A stretch of 64,000 bases of DNA from NCBI GenBank assembly GCA_963674705.1, contig OY771506.1, forward strand, positions 2,240,001 through 2,304,000. Direction: 5' to 3'. The notes under the pieces were generated by a model, which was not told where the DNA came from, ran no database searches, and saw nothing but the letters and a program-made list of their open reading frames with translations. Made by a program: the position numbers and the translations under genes. This DNA is from Phycisphaeraceae bacterium. Its GTDB lineage: Bacteria > Planctomycetota > Phycisphaerae > Phycisphaerales > Phycisphaeraceae. Position 1 is the stretch's first letter, and every line of letters begins with the position of its first letter. Below are positions 9,250 through 18,216 of this stretch, piece after piece.

Positions 9250-10392
9250 CTACCCACCCCTCCCCACCACCTTATCAAACCCAACCCCCGTCATCGTGCT
9301 CAACCAGTCCGCGACTACCTGCGCGCCGTCATCCGGTTTAGTGTCGCGCATGATCTGGCGCATCTTTTCTAACTGGTTCTTATTACCCAGCAATGCCTTC
9401 AAAGGACCGGCCAACTGGTTCACGTTTTCGATCGGGTCGATGTAGTCCTTCTGCAAAATCGCGGCACCTGCGCTGACTAATGGTTGTGCGTTCAGCTTCT
9501 GGTGCTCATCCTTGTGATACGGATAGGGCAAAAAGATCGTCGGCACCGCGTTTGCCCATGCTTCCGCGACAGAGCCCGCGCCCGCTCGGCCGATCGCGAT
9601 CGTCGCCGCCGCCCACACCGCGCCCATCTTGTTGCAGTACGCATAAGCAAGCCCGCGCACACCCGCCTTGTCGTACGCCGCCTGCACCTTCTCCTGATCA
9701 TCAGGCCCGGTCAGGTGAATGATCTGCCAACCCTCCAGTGCCTTCCGGTGCTGCGCCCGCGTGCACAGCTCCATCATCATCTGATTGATCGATGTCGAAC
9801 CCTGCGAGCCTGCAAACACGAGGATCGTGTCGAGGTCGGGGCGCAGGCCTAAATCCCACCGTGCCTTCTCGACCTTCATTGTCCCGATCACCGACCGACG
9901 CAAAGGCATCCCGATCAACTGCGCGCGTCGTAACTGATCCGTCGGGTACGAAGTAAATACTTCCGTCGCCTTGTTTGCCGTGAACTTATTCGCCCGGCCG
10001 GGCACCGCATCCAGATTCAACATCGCGCAAGGCACACCCGCCTTCTGCGCTGCCGACACCGCAGGTCCGGAAACAAACCCGCCCGTCGACACCATCGCCT
10101 TGGCGTCCGTCCGCGCGATCAACTCCAGCACGATCTGTTCGCTCTGCTTATACGCCTGGTAAAACGCCCACAACGCCTTGGGCCGCATAATCAAAGGCAG
10201 CGCCGGCAAGGCCGTGTACTGAAGGTTCTCCTTCTGCATGATCCGCTGATCGACCGCACGGCCCGACACCAGAAAATGACACACCGCCTGCGCATCCGCC
10301 TCCCGCAACCGCTCCAGCACCGCCAGGTTCGGATAAATATGCCCCCCCGATCCCCCGCCTGCAAACAAAATGGTGCGACGCTTCTTAGCCAT
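9250..10392 (-). CDS. murG: UDP-N-acetylglucosamine:lipid I transferase
   Basis: GGGSGGHIYP, TGGFVSGP, PGRANK, GSQGS, RAGAGSVAE, PYPY..DEHQKLNA. Confidence 0.92.
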   Translation of the reverse strand: MAKKRRTILFAGGGSGGHIYPNLAVLERLREADAQAVCHFLVSGRAVDQRIMQKENLQYTALPALPLIMRPKALWAFYQAYKQSEQIVLELIARTDAKAMVSTGGFVSGPAVSAAQKAGVPCAMLNLDAVPGRANKFTANKATEVFTSYPTDQLRRAQLIGMPLRRSVIGTMKVEKARWDLGLRPDLDTILVFAGSQGSTSINQMMMELCTRAQHRKALEGWQIIHLTGPDDQEKVQAAYDKAGVRGLAYAYCNKMGAVWAAATIAIGRAGAGSVAEAWANAVPTIFLPYPYHKDEHQKLNAQPLVSAGAAILQKDYIDPIENVNQLAGPLKALLGNKNQLEKMRQIMRDTKPDDGAQVVADWLSTMTGVGFDKVVGRGG

Positions 10393-10452
10393 AGGCTATC
10401 AGCATAACAATAAAGTCGGCTTCACCACAGAGGGCGAGGAGGAATATAAGAT

Positions 10453-11529
10453 GGAACTCGGATGGATCGGATACAAACGGATAACAAGCTGGAAGAGGGG
10501 AAAAGGGTAATCACATGCGACCCAATGCAACGCATTCTTTATTAGCCGCGTTGCCACGCAACGCGGGCAGTCGCTTCACACGTGCTCAATTCCGGTCCCT
10601 TCTCCCCGCGCAACATATTCGATCTACGCTGTAACCGCATAAACAAGAAGGCAATTAGCCACAGATAAACACAGATGAACACAGATGAACACGGATCAGA
10701 AAAGAGCCTGTTTTGAATATCTTGATCAAAATGCTTGTTTTAGCTTTTTAAACCGTGATGAATCTGATGCTACAGAGATTCTCATGTTTTGCATCTGTGT
10801 TCATCCGTGTTCATCTGTGGCTAAACATAGTCTGGATACATGCTTCGAGCATAGATCGAATATGTTGCAAGAGGAGAGGGAGTCAACTCAACAAAATCTG
10901 TGTAATCACCGCAATCTGCGGATACTTCTTTTTCCATCCGCTTGCATCCGATGCATCCGAGCTACTCAACCTTCTTCCCTCGCCCCTTCATCCAATCCGC
11001 ACACAACTGAACCACCACCGCGAACACACCCAGCCCGCCGCCGAGAAGTACGCCCACCATCGCCCCCAACACCGTCGCCGTCCCCGTCGGCTCAAGCTCC
11101 GCCCAAGGCACCAGCGTCTCGAACAGCTTCGGCGCAAGTAACGCCGACACATACCCGAACACCCCAGCCAACACCATCCCGATCAACGCCGCAACTGTCA
11201 CGATCACGAACACGCTGACAATATTCAGTTTCATCGCACACCCCTTTAAGAAACAGACTTGAACCACAGAGACTCAGAGACACAGAGAAATGCATTTTAA
11301 CAGGGATGAACACAGATAAACACAGATAAGAGGAAACAAGAAGTATCCGCAGATTTCGCAGACTTCACAGATTCATAAGTTAAAGCATTCTTCTTAATCT
11401 GCGCAATCGCTGTAATCTGCGGATACTACTTCTGCTTCTTTTTACCTCTTATCCGTGTTCATCTGTGTTCATCCCTGTTCCAATTCGCCTTTCTCCGCAT
11501 CCGTATGCATCCGCACCCATCCGCGTTCC
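10453..11529. mobile_element. Nested inverted-repeat region (9- and 10-bp tandem units) enclosing a small gene
   Basis: IR pairs: 10453-10482 with 11499-11529 (and with 10936-10961), 10655-10696/10793-10824, 11299-11330/11448-11479, 11342-11373/11396-11427; mobility is inferred only. Confidence 0.6.
10962..11234 (-). CDS. Small hypothetical membrane protein (2 TM)
   Basis: ATG at 11234 preceded by an AAAGGGG SD-like sequence; two hydrophobic Gly-rich helices. Confidence 0.65.
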   Translation of the reverse strand: MKLNIVSVFVIVTVAALIGMVLAGVFGYVSALLAPKLFETLVPWAELEPTGTATVLGAMVGVLLGGGLGVFAVVVQLCADWMKGRGKKVE

Positions 11530-11536
11530 CGATCGA

Positions 11537-12031
11537 TCACCCCTCCGGCGGATACTCCGGCACCGCTTCCGTCTGCGCTTTGCGATACGCCAGCAGTTTC
11601 TGTTCGATCTCCTTGTCAGCTAGCGCCAAGATCGACGCCGCGAAGAGCGCCGCGTTGACCGCGCCGTGGCTGCCCATGCTCATCGTCCCGACCGGGATGC
11701 CCTTGGGCATGTTGCACGTCGAGAGTAGCGCATCCAGCCCGCCCATCAGCTTGCCATCCATCGGCACGCCGAGCACGGGCAGGTGTGTCCCCGCCGCCAT
11801 CACACCTGCAAGGTGTGCACTCATGCCCGCCGCCGCGATGATGACCTTGATCCCGCGCTCCGCAGCCGTGGTCACAAAGTCGTGTGCACGCTTGGGCGTC
11901 CGGTGCGCGGAGCAGACCTTCATCTCGTAAGGGATGCCAAGTTGATCGAGCACCGCCGAGCATTGCCGCATCGTCTGCGCATCGCTGGCACTACCCATCA
12001 CAATACCGACAAGTGGTTTATTTTCGCTCAT
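11537..12031 (-). CDS. purE: N5-carboxyaminoimidazole ribonucleotide mutase
   Basis: VGIVMGSASD, SAHRTP, AAAGMSAHL, GGLDALLST, MPKGIPV. Confidence 0.96.
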   Translation of the reverse strand: MSENKPLVGIVMGSASDAQTMRQCSAVLDQLGIPYEMKVCSAHRTPKRAHDFVTTAAERGIKVIIAAAGMSAHLAGVMAAGTHLPVLGVPMDGKLMGGLDALLSTCNMPKGIPVGTMSMGSHGAVNAALFAASILALADKEIEQKLLAYRKAQTEAVPEYPPEG

Positions 12032-12132
12032 GCCTGTAAGGTATCCAACTCGGCCGGACACGTAAACACGGCCGGTTTTACAGGGAATTTTCAACATATA
12101 AAGGGCGGCCAGCAGTATGAAAGGTAAAACCC

Positions 12133-12606
12133 ATCTTAGTCCGCAACATCCAAGCAGCCGACCGTCCCTTATTGCGTGAACGCATCATCCAGTGGTGGGG
12201 CGCCGACAAGGTCGTCTCGCGCGGCAGGCTCATCGCGCCCGCCGATCTCGATGGCTGGGTCGTCATCCAGGACAATCATCTCATCGGCGCACTCACCTAC
12301 GAGTTACACGATAGCGAAGTCGAGATCGTCACCATCAACGCCGATCTGCCGGGTAAAGGTATCGGCAGCGACCTGATCAAACGCACGATCGACCACGCCC
12401 GCAACTCAGGCTGCCGTCGCGTCTGGCTCATCACCACCAACGACAACCTGAATGCTTTACGTTTCTACCAACGCCGAGGCCTGCACCTGGCCGCCATCTA
12501 CCCCAATGCCCTCGAACAATCCCGAAAACTCAAACCACAAATCCCAGAAGTTGGCAGCTTCGGCATCCCGTTGCGCGATGAGATTGAATTGGAAGTGAAA
12601 CTGTGA
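12133..12606 (+). CDS. GNAT family N-acetyltransferase (start uncertain)
   Basis: GKGIGSDLI acetyl-CoA motif, VWLITTNDNLNALRFYQRRG; the frame stays open upstream of TTG 12172 to a stop at 12118. Confidence 0.85.
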   Translation: MLVRNIQAADRPLLRERIIQWWGADKVVSRGRLIAPADLDGWVVIQDNHLIGALTYELHDSEVEIVTINADLPGKGIGSDLIKRTIDHARNSGCRRVWLITTNDNLNALRFYQRRGLHLAAIYPNALEQSRKLKPQIPEVGSFGIPLRDEIELEVKL

Positions 12607-12646
12607 ATTTGAGAGCTAATCACGATTAATGATGCGTTTACGTCGT

Positions 12647-12778
12647 AATGACGAATAACGAATTCACGAATGACGAATCAATACCAAATGCTTCAATGTC
12701 CAATGGCTAACAACTTACGATGTTCGTCATTGGGTATTGGATATTCTTTCGTCATTCGTGAATTCGTCATTCGACATT
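12647..12778. repeat. Inverted pair of heptamer-like arrays (ACGAATG/CATTCGT)
   Basis: aatgacgaataacgaattcacgaatgacgaat versus ttcgtcattcgtgaattcgtcattcgacatt, between convergent genes. Confidence 0.8.
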
Positions 12779-13623
12779 TACATCATGTCCTTCCAAGCCT
12801 CCGGCAAAACCTGCAGCCAGTACCGGCCGTGGATGCGTTCGACGAAGACCTTGCAGCCGAACGCTTCGCTTAATCGCTCCGGCGTGATGATGGATTCGCA
12901 CGGGCCCTCGGCGATGAATCGGCCTTGCTGCATCAGCATGACGCGGTGCGTGCGGGGTGAAAGTTCCTCGACGTGGTGCGTGATCATCAGCACCGCCGGC
13001 GCGTCCGGCTGATCCAGCACCTGTTCGACGGTTGCCAGCACCTGCTCGCGTCCGGATAGGTCCAGGCCGCCGGTCGGTTCATCGAGGATCAGTAGCTGCG
13101 GCACATGCACCAGCGCCCGCGCGATCAGCGCTCGCCGCTGTTCGCCGGTCGACAGCAGGCCGAAGCGGTGGTCCATCCGATGGCCTAATCCGACCAAAGT
13201 CAGCAGATGTCTGGCACGGTCGCGCTGCGTGTCCGTGTACCGATCGTAAAGCCCGACGGTTGCGAAAAACCCTGTTATCACAGCCTCAGTGGCGTTTAAG
13301 TCCGCATCGACCACCGCGCCGAAGACATGGTAACCGCCCGTGTCGGTCGTGGGATTGACCAGCCCGATGCGTCGGCGGAGCATGCGGATATCCGTGTGGC
13401 CCAGTGTTTGGCCCAGCACGGTGACCTTGCCTTCGGTCGCGAACATCTGCCCCGTCAGGCATCGCGCGAACGTTGTTTTTCCGCAGCCGTTAGGCCCTAT
13501 GATGGCGGTGTACTTGCCGCGCTCAAGCCGGCAACTGACGTTATCCAGGATCGTCGTGCCCTGGCGCGAGACTGTCAGGCCTTGGACGTTCACCGCATCA
13601 TTGTTTGGGTTCATCGCGTTCAC
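12778..13623 (-). CDS. ABC transporter ATP-binding protein (ModF/YlmA-like)
   Basis: GPNGCGKTT, LSTGEQRR, LLILDEP, ITHHVEE. Confidence 0.88.
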   Translation of the reverse strand: MNAMNPNNDAVNVQGLTVSRQGTTILDNVSCRLERGKYTAIIGPNGCGKTTFARCLTGQMFATEGKVTVLGQTLGHTDIRMLRRRIGLVNPTTDTGGYHVFGAVVDADLNATEAVITGFFATVGLYDRYTDTQRDRARHLLTLVGLGHRMDHRFGLLSTGEQRRALIARALVHVPQLLILDEPTGGLDLSGREQVLATVEQVLDQPDAPAVLMITHHVEELSPRTHRVMLMQQGRFIAEGPCESIITPERLSEAFGCKVFVERIHGRYWLQVLPEAWKDMM

Positions 13624-13664
13624 CGGCTAACATCCTACCTTGAACCGAAGCTGATGGAGTACGC

Positions 13665-14804
13665 ATGGACCTCAAGCACGAAAAGTACCTGTTAGAACTG
13701 ACCGCACTGCCCACCGCCACGGGCCACGAGGACCGTGTGATGGCCTGGGTTGAACGCTGGGCGCAGCGGAAGAAGAACGTTGAACTTACGCGCGACCGCT
13801 GGGGCAACATCATGCTCAAGCGCGTCGGCGCGCGTTCGCGCAGGCCGATCTTCTTCACCGCGCATATGGATCACCCTGCGTTTGTGGTTACCGAGCAGAT
13901 CGGTCCACGCAAGATCAAGGCCGACTTCCGCGGCGGCGTGCGGGATGAATACTTCTTTGGCTCGCGTGTCTGCCTGCACTTAGGCGACATCGGGCCATGC
14001 AAGGGCAAGGTCGTGAACCTAGTTCAACCCAAGCCGCCTGCGGTGGATAAGCAGGTCACGATCGAACTCGTTAAGCCGGTCGTCGCGGAGCCAGGAGATG
14101 TCGTGACTTGGGATTTACCTGCGCCGAAGATCACGCGCGGCCTGTTGAAAGCCCCGGCATGCGACGACCTTGCAGGTGTTGCGGCGGCGATATCGGCGTT
14201 TGAAGTGCTGCTCAAGAGCAAGAAGCGAGGTTTGGATGTGCGTGTATTACTGACGCGCGCTGAGGAGATCGGCTTCATTGGCGCGATCGGCGCTTGCAAG
14301 AGCGGGATCATCCCGAAGGGCGCGCGGTTGATCGCGTTGGAGACATCCAAGAGTTTTGCCGAGTCGCCGGTCGGTGGCGGGCCGATCGTTCGGGTCGGTG
14401 ACAAGACCAAGAGTTTTGATCCGGACCTGACGTATGCGGTGAGTCGCGTCGGGCTCGACCTTGAGCAAGAAGACAAAAACTTTAAGTGGCAACGCAAGCT
14501 CATGCCCGGCGGGACGTGCGAAGCTTCGGCCTATCAAACATACGGTTTTACCGCTACATGTTTATGCCTTGCATTGCAAAACTACCACAACATGAACGAA
14601 GGTTTTCCACCACTGCACGGGCGCACAAAACCGTCTGTGCGCAAGGCTGTGCGCATCGATTCGGAAGCGATTTCGGTCGCGGATTATCACGGCCTGGTGC
14701 GCATGCTTGTCGAGGTCGGCAAGCGCCTGGATGACAAGAAAACGTCGTTATCGTTCAAGGCCAGGCTCGATCCGCTTTTTGCGCGGCGGCGCTCGGTCCT
14801 TTGA
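13665..14804 (+). CDS. M42/M20/M28-type zinc metallopeptidase
   Basis: AHMDH, ACDDLAG, RAEEIGFIGA, GGTCEAS, NYHN motifs. Confidence 0.8.
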   Translation: MDLKHEKYLLELTALPTATGHEDRVMAWVERWAQRKKNVELTRDRWGNIMLKRVGARSRRPIFFTAHMDHPAFVVTEQIGPRKIKADFRGGVRDEYFFGSRVCLHLGDIGPCKGKVVNLVQPKPPAVDKQVTIELVKPVVAEPGDVVTWDLPAPKITRGLLKAPACDDLAGVAAAISAFEVLLKSKKRGLDVRVLLTRAEEIGFIGAIGACKSGIIPKGARLIALETSKSFAESPVGGGPIVRVGDKTKSFDPDLTYAVSRVGLDLEQEDKNFKWQRKLMPGGTCEASAYQTYGFTATCLCLALQNYHNMNEGFPPLHGRTKPSVRKAVRIDSEAISVADYHGLVRMLVEVGKRLDDKKTSLSFKARLDPLFARRRSVL

Positions 14805-15087
14805 TCGCAATTTCTTTTAAACCTTAGTTATTCCATGCGGTAGAGCAAACGCTGCGTAGGCTGCGGATTCTGCGCGGCCACAGCGCGTCTGGCGAGTGTT
14901 GCGCCCGCGCATGGGCTGCGCTATCGGACGCAGGTGTTGCGCCGGGGTGGATTTCGACAGTGGGTTAATCCGTCGGGTTCCGGGCCGTTTCTGGGCAGTT
15001 TAAGAAAATTATTAATCGCAGTAATAGCGTTATTTACACGGATCCGGGATGTCTATGCGCGCACGCATTTTCAACGTCTGGCATGCG

Positions 15088-15102
15088 TGGCACTGGCGTT
15101 GC
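15088..15102 (+). promoter_or_regulatory. sigma54 (-24/-12) promoter of the flg operon
   Basis: TGGCAC-TGGCG-TTGC, an exact GG-N10-GC consensus, with an AT-rich tract upstream at ~14998-15037. Confidence 0.75.
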
Positions 15103-15171
15103 GACTGACCGTCGGGGCGGCGTGCCGTTACGCCGCGCTTCGGTGAGTAGTTTGAGTAGGAAGTATTGAAG

Positions 15172-15396
15172 ATGCGTGAACAAGTCTGGTTGCCACTGAT
15201 CCGCAGCTCGGAATCGACGTCGATCGGCGAGGCGATCCTCCGCTTGGCGTCGCTGGCCGAGGCCGCGCATCTGCAACAGACATCCGAAGCTTACTTGGCG
15301 GATCAATCGAGCGAAGTGGGGTCCGACGGACCGGCCCCGCGGGACGTAGTCGCTGCCGACACCGGCGGCCGGTTGCACAAGGAGGTGGACCGATGA
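15172..15396 (+). CDS. Small hypothetical protein at the head of the flg operon
   Basis: AGGA upstream; the stop overlaps the flgF start (ATGA). Confidence 0.4.
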   Translation: MREQVWLPLIRSSESTSIGEAILRLASLAEAAHLQQTSEAYLADQSSEVGSDGPAPRDVVAADTGGRLHKEVDR

Positions 15397-16175
15397 ACTA
15401 CGGCCTGTACTTGTCCGCTTCCGGCGTTCTGACCAATACATATCGTCAGGACGTCTTTGCCAACAACCTGGCGAACGTCGAGACGAACGGGTTCAAGCCC
15501 GACGTGCCGATGTTGCGCCAGCGAGATGCCGAGTCTGTGGAAGATCAACTCGGTTTTGATGTATCCAATGAGATCATGGACAAGCTTGGCGGCGGGGTGC
15601 TGGCGGCGAAGCAGCGCATCAACTTCGCACCGGGTTCACTCAAAGCCACGGGTAACCCACTGGATGTCGCGCTGATCGAGAAGAACCAGTTTTTTGCGGT
15701 GCAAGAGGTGGATGCTTCGGGTCAGGTGTCGGTCGCGCTGACGCGCAACGGGCAGTTCGCGCGTAACGATGCGGGCGAGTTGGTAACAATGACCGGCAAG
15801 CGAGTGCTTGATAACAGCGATCAACCGATCGTGATCGAAGGCCCGGGTAAACCCACGATCGATAGCGCGGGCAACGTTCAGATCAACGGCCAGCCTATCG
15901 CGCAGCTGCAAGTCACAAGCGTGACGGATCTGGACGGCCTGCAGAAGCGGGGCGAGGGGCTTTTTACATTTAAAGGTGAAGACACCCGCCAACCGGTCAA
16001 CGCTGAAACGATCGATCTGAAGCAGGGCTACCTTGAATCCAGCGGGACGAATCCGATCACGGCAATGATGAACGTCGTTGCTGCCAGCAAGGCGGTCACG
16101 AGCAACGCGAACATGATCCGTTACCACGACCAGGTGCTTGACCGTGCGGTCAACACGTTGGGACGGGTTTCTTAA
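15393..16175 (+). CDS. flgF: Flagellar basal-body rod protein FlgF
   Basis: ANNLANVETNGFK, TGNPLDVAL, TRNGQF, GYLESS; position before flgG. Confidence 0.85.
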   Translation: MNYGLYLSASGVLTNTYRQDVFANNLANVETNGFKPDVPMLRQRDAESVEDQLGFDVSNEIMDKLGGGVLAAKQRINFAPGSLKATGNPLDVALIEKNQFFAVQEVDASGQVSVALTRNGQFARNDAGELVTMTGKRVLDNSDQPIVIEGPGKPTIDSAGNVQINGQPIAQLQVTSVTDLDGLQKRGEGLFTFKGEDTRQPVNAETIDLKQGYLESSGTNPITAMMNVVAASKAVTSNANMIRYHDQVLDRAVNTLGRVS

Positions 16176-16235
16176 CGGATAACGGATAGTGAGAAACACA
16201 CCGGCTGATATAGCCGGCAACACGACGAGGTAACC

Positions 16236-17045
16236 ATGGCGATCAACGCACTTCATTCGGCTTCCACAGGACTCAGCGCCCTATCGACCGCGCTGGATGT
16301 ATCCGCCAACAACCTCGCCAACGCAAACACGATCGGTTTCAAAGCGGCTCGCACCAACTTTGAAGACCTGCTTTACCTGCAGAAGGCGCAGCCGGGCGTT
16401 GAGAGCGCTAACGGCGATCGCAGGCCGGCAGGTATCCAGGTCGGTCTTGGCACGCGCGTCAGCAATACGCAGGCCGACTTCCGCACGGGAAGCCCCGTCG
16501 GTACCGGGCAGGACTTTGACATGATGATCGACGGCGAGGGCTTCTTTAAAGTCGCGATCCTCCCCGATCAGGGCGACGGTTTCGGCTACACACGTGCGGG
16601 AAACTTTTTCCGCAACGTTGATGGTGACCTGGTGCTGGGCAACTCGAACGGGCCACGGCTTGAGCCCGTGATCAACGTGCCCGAAGGTACGACCAATATC
16701 AATATCACGCCCGAGGGTCTGGTCTCCGGTTTGGAGCCGGGCGGTACAGAGCCGACCGAGTTCGGCACGATTCTGATTTCGGACTTCGTGAACCGCGCGG
16801 GTCTGCAAAACATCGGCAGCAACATCTATATCGAAACCGCCTCATCGGGTGCGGCGATCGAAGCCCAGCCCGGCACGAGCACGCTGGGTGTGATCATGCA
16901 CAAGTTCACCGAGTCGTCGAACGTCGATCCGGTGACGGAGCTGGTGACGCTGATCAAGACGCAGCGTGCGTTTGAAATGAACAGCCAGTCGATCCAGGCA
17001 GCGGATGAGGCGCTGCAGACGATCGGCAACCTGACACGGTTCTAA
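16236..17045 (+). CDS. flgG: Flagellar basal-body distal rod protein FlgG
   Basis: ANNLANANTIGFK, FEDLLY, QVGLG, YTRAGNF, ESSNVDPVTELVTLIKTQRAFEMNS. Confidence 0.93.
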   Translation: MAINALHSASTGLSALSTALDVSANNLANANTIGFKAARTNFEDLLYLQKAQPGVESANGDRRPAGIQVGLGTRVSNTQADFRTGSPVGTGQDFDMMIDGEGFFKVAILPDQGDGFGYTRAGNFFRNVDGDLVLGNSNGPRLEPVINVPEGTTNINITPEGLVSGLEPGGTEPTEFGTILISDFVNRAGLQNIGSNIYIETASSGAAIEAQPGTSTLGVIMHKFTESSNVDPVTELVTLIKTQRAFEMNSQSIQAADEALQTIGNLTRF

Positions 17046-17080
17046 TTCGAGTAAGTAAGCAAGCGCTCCGACGGGCAAGG

Positions 17081-18205
17081 ATGACCGAGATGCTAGACAT
17101 TGATCCCAACAATACGCCGACGGCAACGCTTCGCAGGATGCTGATCCTGTTGCTGGCGGCGCTGGTGCTGGCGATCGGTCTGGTGGCCCGCGCGGATTCG
17201 GTTGACCTGTATGACCAGATCGGTGTCAAGGGCACGTCGGTGACACTGGGGCAGATCGCGGAATTAAAGGGTCCTGCGGCGCTTGAACACGCGGACCTGG
17301 TTGTGATGGAGCTGGGTGAAGGCCGAGATGAAAAGACGATCACGCTTTCGACAGTGAGTAAAGCGCTGGATAAGGCGGGCGTGAACTGGGGGCTGGTTTC
17401 GCTTCGTGGGTTTAATGAATGTCGGGTGACGCGCCTGATTGAACCCGAGGTGGTCGACAGCGAGCTTGGTCAAGCGGTGAGCGCGAACGTCGAGACGCCG
17501 ATCGGGCTGAACACATCATTGACGCTGCGCGGCATGGTTGAAGAGCTTCTGGCTGAGCGGGCCGGTGCGACGCTTGAGCAGCTACAGGTCAGCTATTCGA
17601 CGCGTGATGAAAAGCTACTGGACACACCGATTCTGAGCAAGAGTGTTGAGATCGAACCGACGATGCTGAACACGCTTGGGAACGTTCCGATTGCGGTGCG
17701 TTTGTACGAGGGGCCGCGGGTTGTGGAGAGCTTCAACATCACTGCGAAGGTGAAGCGTGTGATGCTTGCGGTGGTGACATCGCAGCGTGTTGCGCGGGGC
17801 GACAGGTATTCGCGAGACAACGTCGAGGTGCGTGAGTGCATCATCGACAACAGCGATGTCACGCCGATCACCGACCCGTCCCTGGTTTATGGCCAGCAGG
17901 CGTCGATGTCGCTGAACGCGGATCAATTATTGACGGTGCGGGCGGTCCGTCCACCGGTGCTGATCAAGCGAGGCGACCTTGTGACGGTGCGTTGTTTCAT
18001 CGGCGGATTGATTGTAAAGACCGTGGGCATCGCGAAGCAGGACGGGGCGCTTGATGAAGTGATCGAGATCAAGAACGACACGACACATGAAACGTATCTG
18101 GCGACGGTGACGGGACCGAAGCAGGCGGTCGTCTCGATCGGCGGCGGAGCGTCGGATGATGGATCGGTTGCGGTGGCTGAGACAAACCAGGAGGCAGTGA
18201 ATTGA
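17081..18205 (+). CDS. flgA: P-ring formation chaperone FlgA
   Basis: Signal peptide; C-terminal LIKRGDLV...AKQDGALDEVIEIKN; gene order. Confidence 0.85.
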   Translation: MTEMLDIDPNNTPTATLRRMLILLLAALVLAIGLVARADSVDLYDQIGVKGTSVTLGQIAELKGPAALEHADLVVMELGEGRDEKTITLSTVSKALDKAGVNWGLVSLRGFNECRVTRLIEPEVVDSELGQAVSANVETPIGLNTSLTLRGMVEELLAERAGATLEQLQVSYSTRDEKLLDTPILSKSVEIEPTMLNTLGNVPIAVRLYEGPRVVESFNITAKVKRVMLAVVTSQRVARGDRYSRDNVEVRECIIDNSDVTPITDPSLVYGQQASMSLNADQLLTVRAVRPPVLIKRGDLVTVRCFIGGLIVKTVGIAKQDGALDEVIEIKNDTTHETYLATVTGPKQAVVSIGGGASDDGSVAVAETNQEAVN

Positions 18206-18216
18206 AGTATGCAAGC

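Noticed and set aside
10685..11218. 177-aa and 128-aa plus-strand ORFs
   Set aside because: They read through repeat arms (CVHPC..SV motifs) and oppose a better minus-strand gene; likely repeat-derived artefacts
10655..11479. Possible CRISPR array
   Set aside because: Repeats are short tandem units in inverted orientation without regular unique spacers, and there are no cas genes in the window
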